From: Myxococcota bacterium
GTDB lineage: Bacteria > Myxococcota_A > UBA796 > UBA2385
NCBI GenBank assembly: GCA_044344255.1
Contig: JBIJDH010000001.1
Coordinates: 320,001-384,000 of the forward strand
Direction of reading: 5' to 3'
Length of the DNA stretch: 64,000 nt
Part shown: positions 41,263 to 49,792 of the stretch, one piece after another
Layout of the letters: the number at the start of each line of letters is the position of its first letter
Numbering within the stretch: position 1 is the first letter of the stretch
Made by a program: the position numbers and the translations under genes
The notes under the pieces: model-generated
Told to the model about the DNA's origin: nothing
The model's database searches: none
The model's input: the letters and a program-made list of their open reading frames with translations, nothing else

Positions 41263-42660
41263 ATGGAAACCCGCAAGTACACCGCCGTCGTCGTGGGCTC
41301 CGGCCCCGGGGGCTACCCCTGCGCCATCCGCCTCGCCCAGCTCGGCGTGAAGACCCTCTGCATCGAGCGCGAGAACTGGGGCGGCGTCTGCCTGAACGTG
41401 GGCTGCATCCCGAGCAAGGCCCTCATCACCGCCGGCAAGAAGTTCGAGGAGCTCAACCACCTCGCCGAGATGGGCATCGCGGTGCCGGCCGGCGCCACCC
41501 TCGACATGGCTCAGCTCCAGAAGTGGAAGGCCGGCATCGTCGAGAAGCTCACGGGCGGCGTCCGCACCCTCCTCAAGGGCAACAAGGCCGACATGCTGGC
41601 CGGTGAGGCGAAGTTCATCGACGCCCACACCCTCGAGGTGGCGACGAAGGATGGCCCCGTGCGGGTCGAGGCCGAGCACATCGTCATCGCGACCGGATCG
41701 CGGCCCATCCAGGTGCCGGGCTTCTCCTTCGCCGACGACCGCGTGATGGACTCCACGAAGGCCCTCGCCCTCTCCGAGGTGCCGAAGCGCCTCGTCGTGA
41801 TCGGCGGCGGCTACATCGGCCTCGAGCTCGGCCAGATGTTGCAGAAGGTGGGGGCCAAGGTCACGGTGGTAGAGATGATGGACCAGGTGCTGCCCGGCTT
41901 CGACCCCGAGGTCGTCAAGATCGTGGCCCGGCACCTCAAGAAGAGCAAGATCGACGTCCTGCTCAAGACGAAGGCCCTCGGCTGGGAGGAGGGCGAGGAC
42001 GGCGCCGTCGTCAAGCTCCTCACCCCGGAGGGCGAGAAGACGGTGGTGGCCGACAAGATCCTCGTCACCGTCGGCCGGCGCCCCAACTCCGAGAACCTCG
42101 GCCTCCCCGGCCTCGAGCTCGAGCGCGGCCACATCAAGATCGACCGCCAGCAGAAGACGAACATCCCCGGCGTCTACGCGATCGGCGATGTCGCCACCGG
42201 CATGATGCTCGCCCACAAGGCGACCCATGAGGGGGAGATCGTGGCCGAGGTCATCGCCGGCCACAAGGCCTTCAACGACGCCCGCACCGTGCCGGCCGTG
42301 GTCTTCACCGATCCCGAGATCGCCACCGCCGGCCTCCAGGAGCAGGAGGCCGTCGCCAAGGGCTACACCGTCAAGGTCGGAAAGTTCCCCTGGGCCGCCA
42401 ACGGCCGGGCCCTCTCGATGATGGACACCGACGGCTTCGTGAAGGTGGTGGTCGACGCCGCCGATGACCGAGTGCTCGGCGTGACCATCATCGGCCCCCA
42501 CGCGAGCGACCTCATCAGCGAGGCCGCCCTGGCGATCGAGATGGACGCCGAGGCCCTCGACATCGGCCTCACCATCCACCCGCACCCCACCCTCGGGGAG
42601 GCGGTGATGGAGGCGGCCAAGGCGGCGCTCGGCCAGGCCGTGCACATCATGAACCGCTGA
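41263..42660 (+). CDS. lpdA: Dihydrolipoyl dehydrogenase (E3)
   Basis: GSGPGGY, GGVCLNVGCIPSK, GGGYIG, HPHPTLGE. Confidence 0.96.
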   Translation: METRKYTAVVVGSGPGGYPCAIRLAQLGVKTLCIERENWGGVCLNVGCIPSKALITAGKKFEELNHLAEMGIAVPAGATLDMAQLQKWKAGIVEKLTGGVRTLLKGNKADMLAGEAKFIDAHTLEVATKDGPVRVEAEHIVIATGSRPIQVPGFSFADDRVMDSTKALALSEVPKRLVVIGGGYIGLELGQMLQKVGAKVTVVEMMDQVLPGFDPEVVKIVARHLKKSKIDVLLKTKALGWEEGEDGAVVKLLTPEGEKTVVADKILVTVGRRPNSENLGLPGLELERGHIKIDRQQKTNIPGVYAIGDVATGMMLAHKATHEGEIVAEVIAGHKAFNDARTVPAVVFTDPEIATAGLQEQEAVAKGYTVKVGKFPWAANGRALSMMDTDGFVKVVVDAADDRVLGVTIIGPHASDLISEAALAIEMDAEALDIGLTIHPHPTLGEAVMEAAKAALGQAVHIMNR

Positions 42661-42699
42661 CCGGCCGAGGTCGGAGTCGGTGTCTGCGGCGGCCTCGCC

Positions 42700-44664
42700 T
42701 CAGAGGCCGCCGAGCATCGGCAGCCAGGGCCAGGAGCAAGCGGGGGCCTCGCTCATCGCCGGGACGGTCGAGAGGTCCCACAGCAGGGCCTGCTCGTCGT
42801 CGACCACCGGCGGCCCGAAGGCGGCGGTGACCGTGGCGGCGAGCGAGTCGTCGGGGTCGAGCGACCGCGCGAAGTAGACGCCGGCGTAGCCGTGCTCGCG
42901 GAGGGCGAGCACGTCGGCGCGGACGCAGGCGACCCGCTCGGCCTCTGGCGGCGGCGCGGGCACGATGTTCTGGCTGAAGCGGGTGATGGCGTCGAGGCGG
43001 GAGAGGTAGCTCCACGGGAGGGTGGAGTCGCCGGTGGGGCGGACGTTGGCCGAGACCGCGCGCCCGTGCTGGAGCTGCCAGAGGAGGTGGACCCGCTCCA
43101 TCCGCACCGAGATGCGAGGCGGGTAGCTCGTGTTCGGCAGGCCGAGCAGCGCCCCGGCGGGGAGCGCCCGGACGCCCTCCCCGAGCGCGACCGGCAGCTC
43201 CACGGAGAAGGTGGGGCGCGGGAAGGCGTAGGGCGTGGGGTAGCTGAGCTGGTCCGCGGCCACGAGGCCGAGGGCGGCGAGGCCCACCCCCACCCGCAGG
43301 GCGGGGTGCCGGAGCCGCTCTTCGACGGCGCGGAGGCCGAACATCGCCGCGAGGCCCACCGGCACGGAGACGAAGCAGGCGATGCGCAGCCAGTTGTGCA
43401 CCACCCCGGTGAGCGGGAGGGCGGCCAGCAGGGCGGCCGGGGGGAGGTACCAGCGGGACGGCCCGCCCGGGCCGACGGCGGCGCCGGCGCTGAGCATCGG
43501 CCCCAAGGAGAGGAGCACGATCCAGAGGCCGAGCAGCCACCAGCCGAGCCCGCGGCGCCCACGGGAGAGGAGGCCGGCGAGGCCGAGGAGCAGGGCCGCG
43601 AGGCCGGGGTAGCAGAAGGCCGGGTGGAGCTGCCCCGCGTGCGCCCAGGCGTCTCGGCCGGGCCGGGCCTGGAAGCCCTCCCCGAGCGCGCCGGGCAGGC
43701 GGAGGACATCGACGAGGCGGCCGAGGGGCTCGACGAAGGACTGCCCCGCCTGTCCCGACAGGCTCGCCCGCTGGTCGACGCCCGGCCAGGGGTGGGTGGT
43801 GAGGAAGACCGCGAGGGGCGCGACCGAGAGGAGCGAGACCGCGGCGATGATCCCGAGGCGGGCGCCGAGCGAGGCCGCGCCCCGAGCCCCCTCCCGACTT
43901 GCGTCCCAGGCCATCCCGAGGGCGAGCGGCGGCACCACGAGCAGCAGCAGGGGCCCGAGGTAGGGGCCGCCCTGCACGATCGCGCCGAGGAGGAGGCCCG
44001 CCCCGACCGCGACGGCCCAGCCGCCTTCGCGGAAGGCTCGATGACAGAGCAGGATGAACCAAGGGAAGATGGCCGCGGAGAAGTACTCAGCCCGGCCGGT
44101 GAGGGGCTGGGCGACGAGGAAGGGGCCGAGGCCGGCGGTGAGCGCGCCGAGGGCGACCGGTAGGGCGTGGCCGGGGCCGAGCAGGCGGCGGCCGAGCGCC
44201 CCCATCCCGAGCACCGTGAGCGCGATCGAGGCCGCGTGCAGCGCGTTCCAGGCGAGGATCGCCCCCTCCGAGCCGCCCCCGCTGAGCCACCAGAGGGGGG
44301 CGGTGAGCAGGAGGTTGACCGGGTTCGTGGTCGGCTGCTCGAAGGGGTAGGGGTGGTCGATCGGCAGGCGGAAGGCGAAGGGCCCCGTCTCCCCGAGCGA
44401 CTGGAGGGCGGCCCAGGTGGCCCAGAGGTGCGCGGGGGCCTCCGAGGTGGCGCTGCCGAGGGCGAGGCGGCTCGGCGCGGTGAGGGCCGGCCCGCAGAGC
44501 AGGCCCACACAGAGCAGCGCCACGAGGCCGACGGCCACCGCGTCAGCGCCCCACCCGCGCGCGATCGCGGGCGCGGCGGGTGGGGGCACGGCGGGGATCA
44601 CGGCGGGGATCACGGCGGGGATCACGGCGGGGATCGCGGGGCGCTCGTCTCGCAGGTGTTTCAC
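42700..44664 (-). CDS. Polytopic membrane protein, possibly GT-C/YfhO-like glycosyltransferase
   Basis: More than 10 hydrophobic segments, soluble C-terminal domain with WQLQHGR; start uncertain. Confidence 0.6.
   Translation of the reverse strand: MKHLRDERPAIPAVIPAVIPAVIPAVPPPAAPAIARGWGADAVAVGLVALLCVGLLCGPALTAPSRLALGSATSEAPAHLWATWAALQSLGETGPFAFRLPIDHPYPFEQPTTNPVNLLLTAPLWWLSGGGSEGAILAWNALHAASIALTVLGMGALGRRLLGPGHALPVALGALTAGLGPFLVAQPLTGRAEYFSAAIFPWFILLCHRAFREGGWAVAVGAGLLLGAIVQGGPYLGPLLLLVVPPLALGMAWDASREGARGAASLGARLGIIAAVSLLSVAPLAVFLTTHPWPGVDQRASLSGQAGQSFVEPLGRLVDVLRLPGALGEGFQARPGRDAWAHAGQLHPAFCYPGLAALLLGLAGLLSRGRRGLGWWLLGLWIVLLSLGPMLSAGAAVGPGGPSRWYLPPAALLAALPLTGVVHNWLRIACFVSVPVGLAAMFGLRAVEERLRHPALRVGVGLAALGLVAADQLSYPTPYAFPRPTFSVELPVALGEGVRALPAGALLGLPNTSYPPRISVRMERVHLLWQLQHGRAVSANVRPTGDSTLPWSYLSRLDAITRFSQNIVPAPPPEAERVACVRADVLALREHGYAGVYFARSLDPDDSLAATVTAAFGPPVVDDEQALLWDLSTVPAMSEAPACSWPWLPMLGGL
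44587..44634. repeat. 12-bp tandem repeat CACGGCGGGGAT x4
   Basis: Four exact copies; encode IPAV in the 42700-44664 frame. Confidence 0.9.
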
Positions 44665-44779
44665 GGCTCCCCCCTATTCAACGACCGGGGCAGGAGCCGC
44701 GCAGGCGGCGGATCCTCGGGCTGCCGGGGCTGTCAAGCCCCGAATGCGGTCACTTTATGACCTTGATGGTTCCACGACC

Positions 44780-44794
44780 CGAACGTAAGTTCAG
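44780..44794 (+). promoter_or_regulatory. Putative LexA (SOS) box
   Basis: CGAAC-GTAA-GTTCAG (GAAC-N4-GTTC palindrome) 3 nt before the imuA-like ATG. Confidence 0.7.
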
Positions 44795-44797
44795 TGC

Positions 44798-45511
44798 ATG
44801 CCGCAGGCCGAGACCATCGCCGCCGCCGATCCGGGCCCCCTCCGTGGGGACCGCGGGGCCACCCTCGCCGCCCTCCGGGAGCGCATCGCGCGCATCGCCC
44901 CGGTGCGGGCCCGCGAGGGTCGCCTCTCGACCGGCATCCAGGGCCTCGACGACGTCATCGGCGGCTGGCCCCGCCCCGGCCTCTCCGAGCTCGTGGGGCG
45001 GCCCGGCTCGGGGCGGATCGGCCTCGCCCTGCCCCTGATGGTGGAGCTCACGCAGCGGCGGCAGCTCGTGGTCCTGCTCGACGGGCGCGGCTGGCTCCAC
45101 CCGCCGGGCCTGCCGGGGGTAGACCTCGAGCATGTCCTGCTCATCCGTCCAGGGCAGAGCCGCGCCGGCTGGGCGGCCGAGCAGGTGGCCCGCTCCGGCG
45201 CCGCCCCCCTCCTCGTCGTGGTCGACGGCCCGCCGCTCGGGCGGGGCGGGCGCCGGCTCCAGCACGCCGCCGAAGAGGGCGGCTGCGTCGTGCTCACGCT
45301 CAGCGAGCGCGCCGACCCTGACCTCCCGGCCGCCCTGCGGCTGGAGGTGGCGGCGGCGGATCGGATCTTGATTCGGAAGGACGGCCGAGGGGCGCGGGAG
45401 CGGGTGGTCGCCCTGGACATCGCCCCTCGGTCCGTCCTTCCCTTTCAAGCGCCCGCCCGCCCCCGCGGGGGCGATCGGCCCTACATGCAGGAGTCGGAGG
45501 GGTCGCCGTAG
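44798..45511 (+). CDS. imuA: ImuA-like (RecA-fold) SOS mutagenesis protein
   Basis: LSTGIQGLDDVIGGWPRPGLSEL, degenerate Walker A GRPGSGRI, GVDLEHVLLIRP, RRLQHAAE; upstream SOS box. Confidence 0.72.
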   Translation: MPQAETIAAADPGPLRGDRGATLAALRERIARIAPVRAREGRLSTGIQGLDDVIGGWPRPGLSELVGRPGSGRIGLALPLMVELTQRRQLVVLLDGRGWLHPPGLPGVDLEHVLLIRPGQSRAGWAAEQVARSGAAPLLVVVDGPPLGRGGRRLQHAAEEGGCVVLTLSERADPDLPAALRLEVAAADRILIRKDGRGARERVVALDIAPRSVLPFQAPARPRGGDRPYMQESEGSP

Positions 45512-46014
45512 CTCGACTCGGGGCCGCGGTTCACATGATCGAGGAACCACTGATCGAGCACGTCCTCATCGACACACTGGAGCAGCAGCCGGTGCTCCCA
45601 GCTCACAGCGGCGAAGGGGACGCCGAGCTCGCTGTAGGGCGTGAGCAGGGCCCAGACCTCGAGGGACTCGACGAGGCGGGTGAGCGTGGCCACCTCCTCC
45701 GGGCAGCCCTCCGGACAATTGTAGAGGAAGACCACGCCGCCGTGCTCGAGGTTGTGCACCCAATTCTCGTCGGGGACCTCCTCCGTGTGGACGCCCCAGG
45801 GGGCCCAGCAGGGGTTGTGGTCGCCGCCGGAGGGGGGCGGATCGGCGTAGTCGAGGGCCTCCTCGGTGTGCTCGGCGGAGGCCGCGGGGACGACCTCATC
45901 CACGCAGCCGCCCTCGCAGGCGTCGCAAGAGGCGGTGCTCGCGGTGGCGGTGGACTGGTAAGGAGCGTCCTTGCGGCAGCCGAGGAGGGCGAGGAGGGCG
46001 GGGAGGAACCACAT
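45481..46014 (-). CDS. DUF3105-domain lipoprotein
   Basis: Lipobox LLGC; PPSGGDH, VHNLEHGGV, GPE. Confidence 0.85.
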   Translation of the reverse strand: MWFLPALLALLGCRKDAPYQSTATASTASCDACEGGCVDEVVPAASAEHTEEALDYADPPPSGGDHNPCWAPWGVHTEEVPDENWVHNLEHGGVVFLYNCPEGCPEEVATLTRLVESLEVWALLTPYSELGVPFAAVSWEHRLLLQCVDEDVLDQWFLDHVNRGPESSYGDPSDSCM

Positions 46015-46085
46015 GGGCCCAGCTTAGCCGCTCCGCCCGCCGCCGACCCGCTCGGGGCCCCCGCGCGCGGTGGTAGCCTCCCGCC

Positions 46086-47111
46086 ATGATCCCGCCGACC
46101 CTGCTCCTCCTCGCCCTCACCGCTCCGGCTAGGTCTGCCCCCCGAGCGGCCACCACCCTACGAGAGTGGCGACACGAGGAGATCGACCCCAAGGTCAACA
46201 CAGACTTCACGGCCTTCACCGTCGGCAAGAAGCACCTGCACCTGAGCCCGCTCGGCATGAGCTATGGGCTGCTCGACAACACCGACGTCGGCACCGACTA
46301 TTTCTACTACTTTGCCCTGACCCCCAACCTGAACGTGAAGATCACGGCGATCCAGACCGAGCACTTCGACCTCTCCCTGCAGGGCGCATGGTACCGCAAG
46401 AACCTCGAGAGTGCTCCTTACAACGTACCGAACGGCGTGGTGGAGCTCACCCCGGTGGGCTTCACCGGGAGCTGGACCGCGACCCCCAAGTTCAGCCTGC
46501 ACGCCGGCGCGAACTGGAACATCGTGCGGATGGTGGGCAGCATGAAGGCCACCGACATGGCCCTGGCCATGGGCAACTTCACCGGGGTGGACGTCAACGA
46601 AGACCTCACACGGGTCCTGCTCGGCAACACGAGCGTCTATGCAGGCGGGACCTTCACCCTGAGCCAGCTCCACCTCGCGACGGAGTACCGCTTCAACCGT
46701 CGCGACAGCATCATCGCCGAGTCGAACACCTACGTCCACATGAACGGTCTGGTCGCCGGGGGCATCGCCGACACCAAGGGGGGCACCGAGATCGAGGTCG
46801 GCCCGTCGGTGCGCTTCGAGCAGGGCATGACCGGCAAGATCCCGACCATCACCTCCTTGTCATACCAGATGTCGCTGCCCCGGCTCAACGTGCGCGTGGG
46901 CGTCCCCCTGCTCCCGCCAGCGAAGAACCGCAAGCAGCTCCTCCAGACCGTGTACGGATACAATCAGGCCTTCGAGGTCTCCTGGTTGATCGGCCCCGAC
47001 CTGCCCCCCTCGCTGCTCAAGGCGCGGCGTCAAAAGGCGACGACCCGTCAGTCCACCACCATCCACAGCGACGAAGAGAGCGATGAAGAGAGCGACGAAG
47101 AGTCGGAGTGA
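46086..47111 (+). CDS. Secreted, probably outer-membrane beta-barrel hypothetical protein
   Basis: Signal peptide, alternating beta-strand pattern, acidic DEES x3 tail. Confidence 0.65.
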   Translation: MIPPTLLLLALTAPARSAPRAATTLREWRHEEIDPKVNTDFTAFTVGKKHLHLSPLGMSYGLLDNTDVGTDYFYYFALTPNLNVKITAIQTEHFDLSLQGAWYRKNLESAPYNVPNGVVELTPVGFTGSWTATPKFSLHAGANWNIVRMVGSMKATDMALAMGNFTGVDVNEDLTRVLLGNTSVYAGGTFTLSQLHLATEYRFNRRDSIIAESNTYVHMNGLVAGGIADTKGGTEIEVGPSVRFEQGMTGKIPTITSLSYQMSLPRLNVRVGVPLLPPAKNRKQLLQTVYGYNQAFEVSWLIGPDLPPSLLKARRQKATTRQSTTIHSDEESDEESDEESE

Positions 47112-47172
47112 GCGGTCGACCCGCTTGGCAGGGCGGGCCGGAGCGAGTACCCTGCCGCCTCGTGAGGTAGAC

Positions 47173-49152
47173 ATGCGCGCGCCCTTCGGACTGGTCATCG
47201 CCCTCTCAGCCCTCTCCCTCTCCGCCTGCAAGGGGGAAGACTCCGCAGAGAAGGGCGACTCCGAGGCCCCGATCGAGGAGGTCTACAGCGACTGTGATCC
47301 GGTCGCGCCCACCCTCTGCGGCCTGCCCTTCCCCTCCACCTTCTACATGAAGGAGGACAGCGGCAGCCCGACCGGCTGGCGGGTCAACCTCGGCGAGACC
47401 ACGCTGCCCCTCCGCGCCGACATTGACGGCGTGCGCCTCCAGCCCGCGCCCACCTACTGGAACGAGCGCGACGGCTGGTCGGTGGGAACGCCGATGCTGG
47501 CTCACTTCCCGAGCCTCTCCCTCGACAACGTGGTGGGCCATGACCGCCTGGCTGACTCCCTCCTGGACGACAGCACCACCATCGTCATCGACGTCAACAC
47601 CGGCGAGCGGGTGGCCCACTGGGGCGAGCTCGACGTGAGCCTCGGCAAGTCTGACCGCTCGCTCTTCATGATCCGCCCCGCCGCCGCCTTCGAGTACGGC
47701 CACCGCTACGTGGTCGCGATGCGGGCCCTCAAGGACGAGGCGGGCGCCGACATCGAGCCCTCCGAGGCCTTCGCCGCCCTCCGCGACGGCGGCGCCACCG
47801 ACACCTGGGACGTCGAGGGCCGCCGCGCCACCTACGATGAGGTGGTCTTCCCCGCCCTCGAGGCCCAGGGTTGGGCCCGCGGAGAGGTCCAGCTCGCGTG
47901 GGACTTCGTGACCGGCAGCCAGGAGGGCATCACCGGCAAGGCCGTCTTCATGCGCGACGACGCGCTCGCCCAGCTCGGAGAGGGCGCCCCCGCCTACACG
48001 ATCGACGAGGTCATCCCGCTCGAGGACACCTACAAGGCCTTCGAGGTGCACGGCACGCTCACCGTGCCCCTCTACACCGAGGAGGACGGGCCGGGCACCG
48101 TGCTCACCCGCGGCGACGACGGCATGCCCTACCAGAATGGCGAGACGCACGTGCCCTTCACGGTCATCGTGCCGCGCTCGCTGGTGGACGGGGCCAAGCC
48201 CGGCGCGATCGTGCAGTACGGACACGGCCTCCTCGGCGCGCAAGATGAGGTGGGCTCGGGCTACCTCGGCGAGATCGCCGACCGCTACGGCTGGATCATC
48301 ATCGCGGTGGACTGGACCGGCATGAAGGAGGGCGACGCCGGCCAGATCTCGCTGATGCTCGTCAACGACCTCGGCGGCTTCGCCATGCTCCCCGAGCGCT
48401 GTCAGCAGGGCTTCGTCGAGTTCACCTACGCGATGCGCCTCGCCTCGAAGGGCCTCGTGAACGATCCGGTCTTCCAGGTCACCGACAGCGCCGGGGCCAC
48501 CGTGTCGCTGATCGACCCCGAGCGCCGGTACTACTACGGCAATTCCCAGGGCGGCATCCTCGGCGGCGCCTACATGGCCCTCTCCCAGGACATCGAGCGC
48601 GGCACCCTCGGCGTCGGCGGGGGCCCCTACCAGCTCCTGCTGACCCGAAGCAAGGACTTCGAACCGTTCTTCCTTCTCTTCCAGCAGATGTACCCCGACC
48701 CCGCCGACGTCGCGCTCTGGCTCGGCTACCTGCAGACCCTCTGGGACAGCGCCGAGACCACGGGCTTCGCCCGCTCGCTGACCGCGAACCCGCTGCCGAA
48801 CACGAACGCCAAGCAGGTGCTCATGCAGGTGGGCATCGGCGACGCCCAGGTGACCACCCTCGGCGCGGAGCTCCTCGCCCGGAGCACGGGCTCCACGCTG
48901 ATCAACGAGCCGGTGCGGCCGGTGTGGGGGATGGAGACGGTGGTGAGCACGACCACCGGCTCCGGCCTCGTCGAGTGGGAGTACGGCCTCGAGGAGCCCT
49001 ACACCAACACGCCCCCCTCCGACGACCAGGCCGATCCCCACGAGTGGCCCCGACGCGAGTTCAACGGCCAGGAGCAGATGGCCCACTTCTTCGCCACCGG
49101 CGAGATCAAGGACTTCTGCGGCGGCCCCTGTCAGGACCTCGCGCACGAGTGA
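47173..49152 (+). CDS. Alpha/beta-hydrolase lipoprotein with Ig-like N-terminal region
   Basis: GAGG RBS, lipobox LSAC, PFPS, YGHGL, nucleophile elbow GNSQGG, GDAQV, DPH. Confidence 0.78.
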   Translation: MRAPFGLVIALSALSLSACKGEDSAEKGDSEAPIEEVYSDCDPVAPTLCGLPFPSTFYMKEDSGSPTGWRVNLGETTLPLRADIDGVRLQPAPTYWNERDGWSVGTPMLAHFPSLSLDNVVGHDRLADSLLDDSTTIVIDVNTGERVAHWGELDVSLGKSDRSLFMIRPAAAFEYGHRYVVAMRALKDEAGADIEPSEAFAALRDGGATDTWDVEGRRATYDEVVFPALEAQGWARGEVQLAWDFVTGSQEGITGKAVFMRDDALAQLGEGAPAYTIDEVIPLEDTYKAFEVHGTLTVPLYTEEDGPGTVLTRGDDGMPYQNGETHVPFTVIVPRSLVDGAKPGAIVQYGHGLLGAQDEVGSGYLGEIADRYGWIIIAVDWTGMKEGDAGQISLMLVNDLGGFAMLPERCQQGFVEFTYAMRLASKGLVNDPVFQVTDSAGATVSLIDPERRYYYGNSQGGILGGAYMALSQDIERGTLGVGGGPYQLLLTRSKDFEPFFLLFQQMYPDPADVALWLGYLQTLWDSAETTGFARSLTANPLPNTNAKQVLMQVGIGDAQVTTLGAELLARSTGSTLINEPVRPVWGMETVVSTTTGSGLVEWEYGLEEPYTNTPPSDDQADPHEWPRREFNGQEQMAHFFATGEIKDFCGGPCQDLAHE

Positions 49153-49176
49153 CGGGGCCCGGCGGAGGGCGCTCGA

Positions 49177-49617
49177 TCAGGGCTGATCGGCGCGCCGCTC
49201 GTCAATCTCCACGAGGTTGACGAGGTTCCCCTCCGGGTCTTGCGCGGTGAGCAGGCGGGTGTTGCCCTCCTTCCGCGGCTGAAAGACCCGCATCCGATGC
49301 TGCTCCAAACGACGCTTCAGACCGGCCAGATCGGGCACAGCCAGCTCAAGGTAGAAGGACTGGCCGTCGCCGCGGTTGTAGCCCTGCACCTTGACCGCGT
49401 CGAGCAGCACTACCTTGACCGGCCCCGCCTGCAGCAGCAGGTGGTTTCGGCCGCGGCCGACGATCTTGAGCCCGAGCAGATCGACGTAAAATTCCCGAGC
49501 GACCGCGAAATTCCGACACGGGATCGTGACCCCTTTGAGGCGGGTCGCGCCCCGATCAGCCCGCTCGGCGGAGGTGGAGCCGGGGCGTGTGCGGGACCAG
49601 AAGCCGCGGGTGCTCAC
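49177..49617 (-). CDS. VOC/glyoxalase-family protein
   Basis: AREFYVDLLGL, DPEGNLVNL. Confidence 0.82.
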   Translation of the reverse strand: MSTRGFWSRTRPGSTSAERADRGATRLKGVTIPCRNFAVAREFYVDLLGLKIVGRGRNHLLLQAGPVKVVLLDAVKVQGYNRGDGQSFYLELAVPDLAGLKRRLEQHRMRVFQPRKEGNTRLLTAQDPEGNLVNLVEIDERRADQP

Positions 49618-49733
49618 AGGGTGTGGCTCACGGGGGGGTGGCTCACGGAGAGGTGGCGCACGGAGAGGTGGCTCACGGAGAGGGTGCTCACAGGGTGTGG
49701 CTCACGGGGTGACGCTCGGGGTGGCTCACGGGG
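49608..49733. repeat. Imperfect ~15-bp tandem repeat (GGTGGCTCACGGAGA-like), 8 cores
   Basis: GCTCAC/GCGCAC cores at 49612, 49626, 49641, 49656, 49671, 49686, 49700, 49723. Confidence 0.85.
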
Positions 49734-49792
49734 ACGCGACGGCCGAGCGATGCTACAGCATTCCCCGTCACGGGCACGTTAGGAACGCGCCG

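Noticed and set aside
45481..45511. Convergent 3' overlaps (also 27032-27063)
   Set aside because: Short tail-to-tail overlaps are ordinary in compact high-GC genomes
49608..49733. Possible CRISPR array
   Set aside because: Units are ~15 bp and contiguous with no unique spacers; no cas genes in the window
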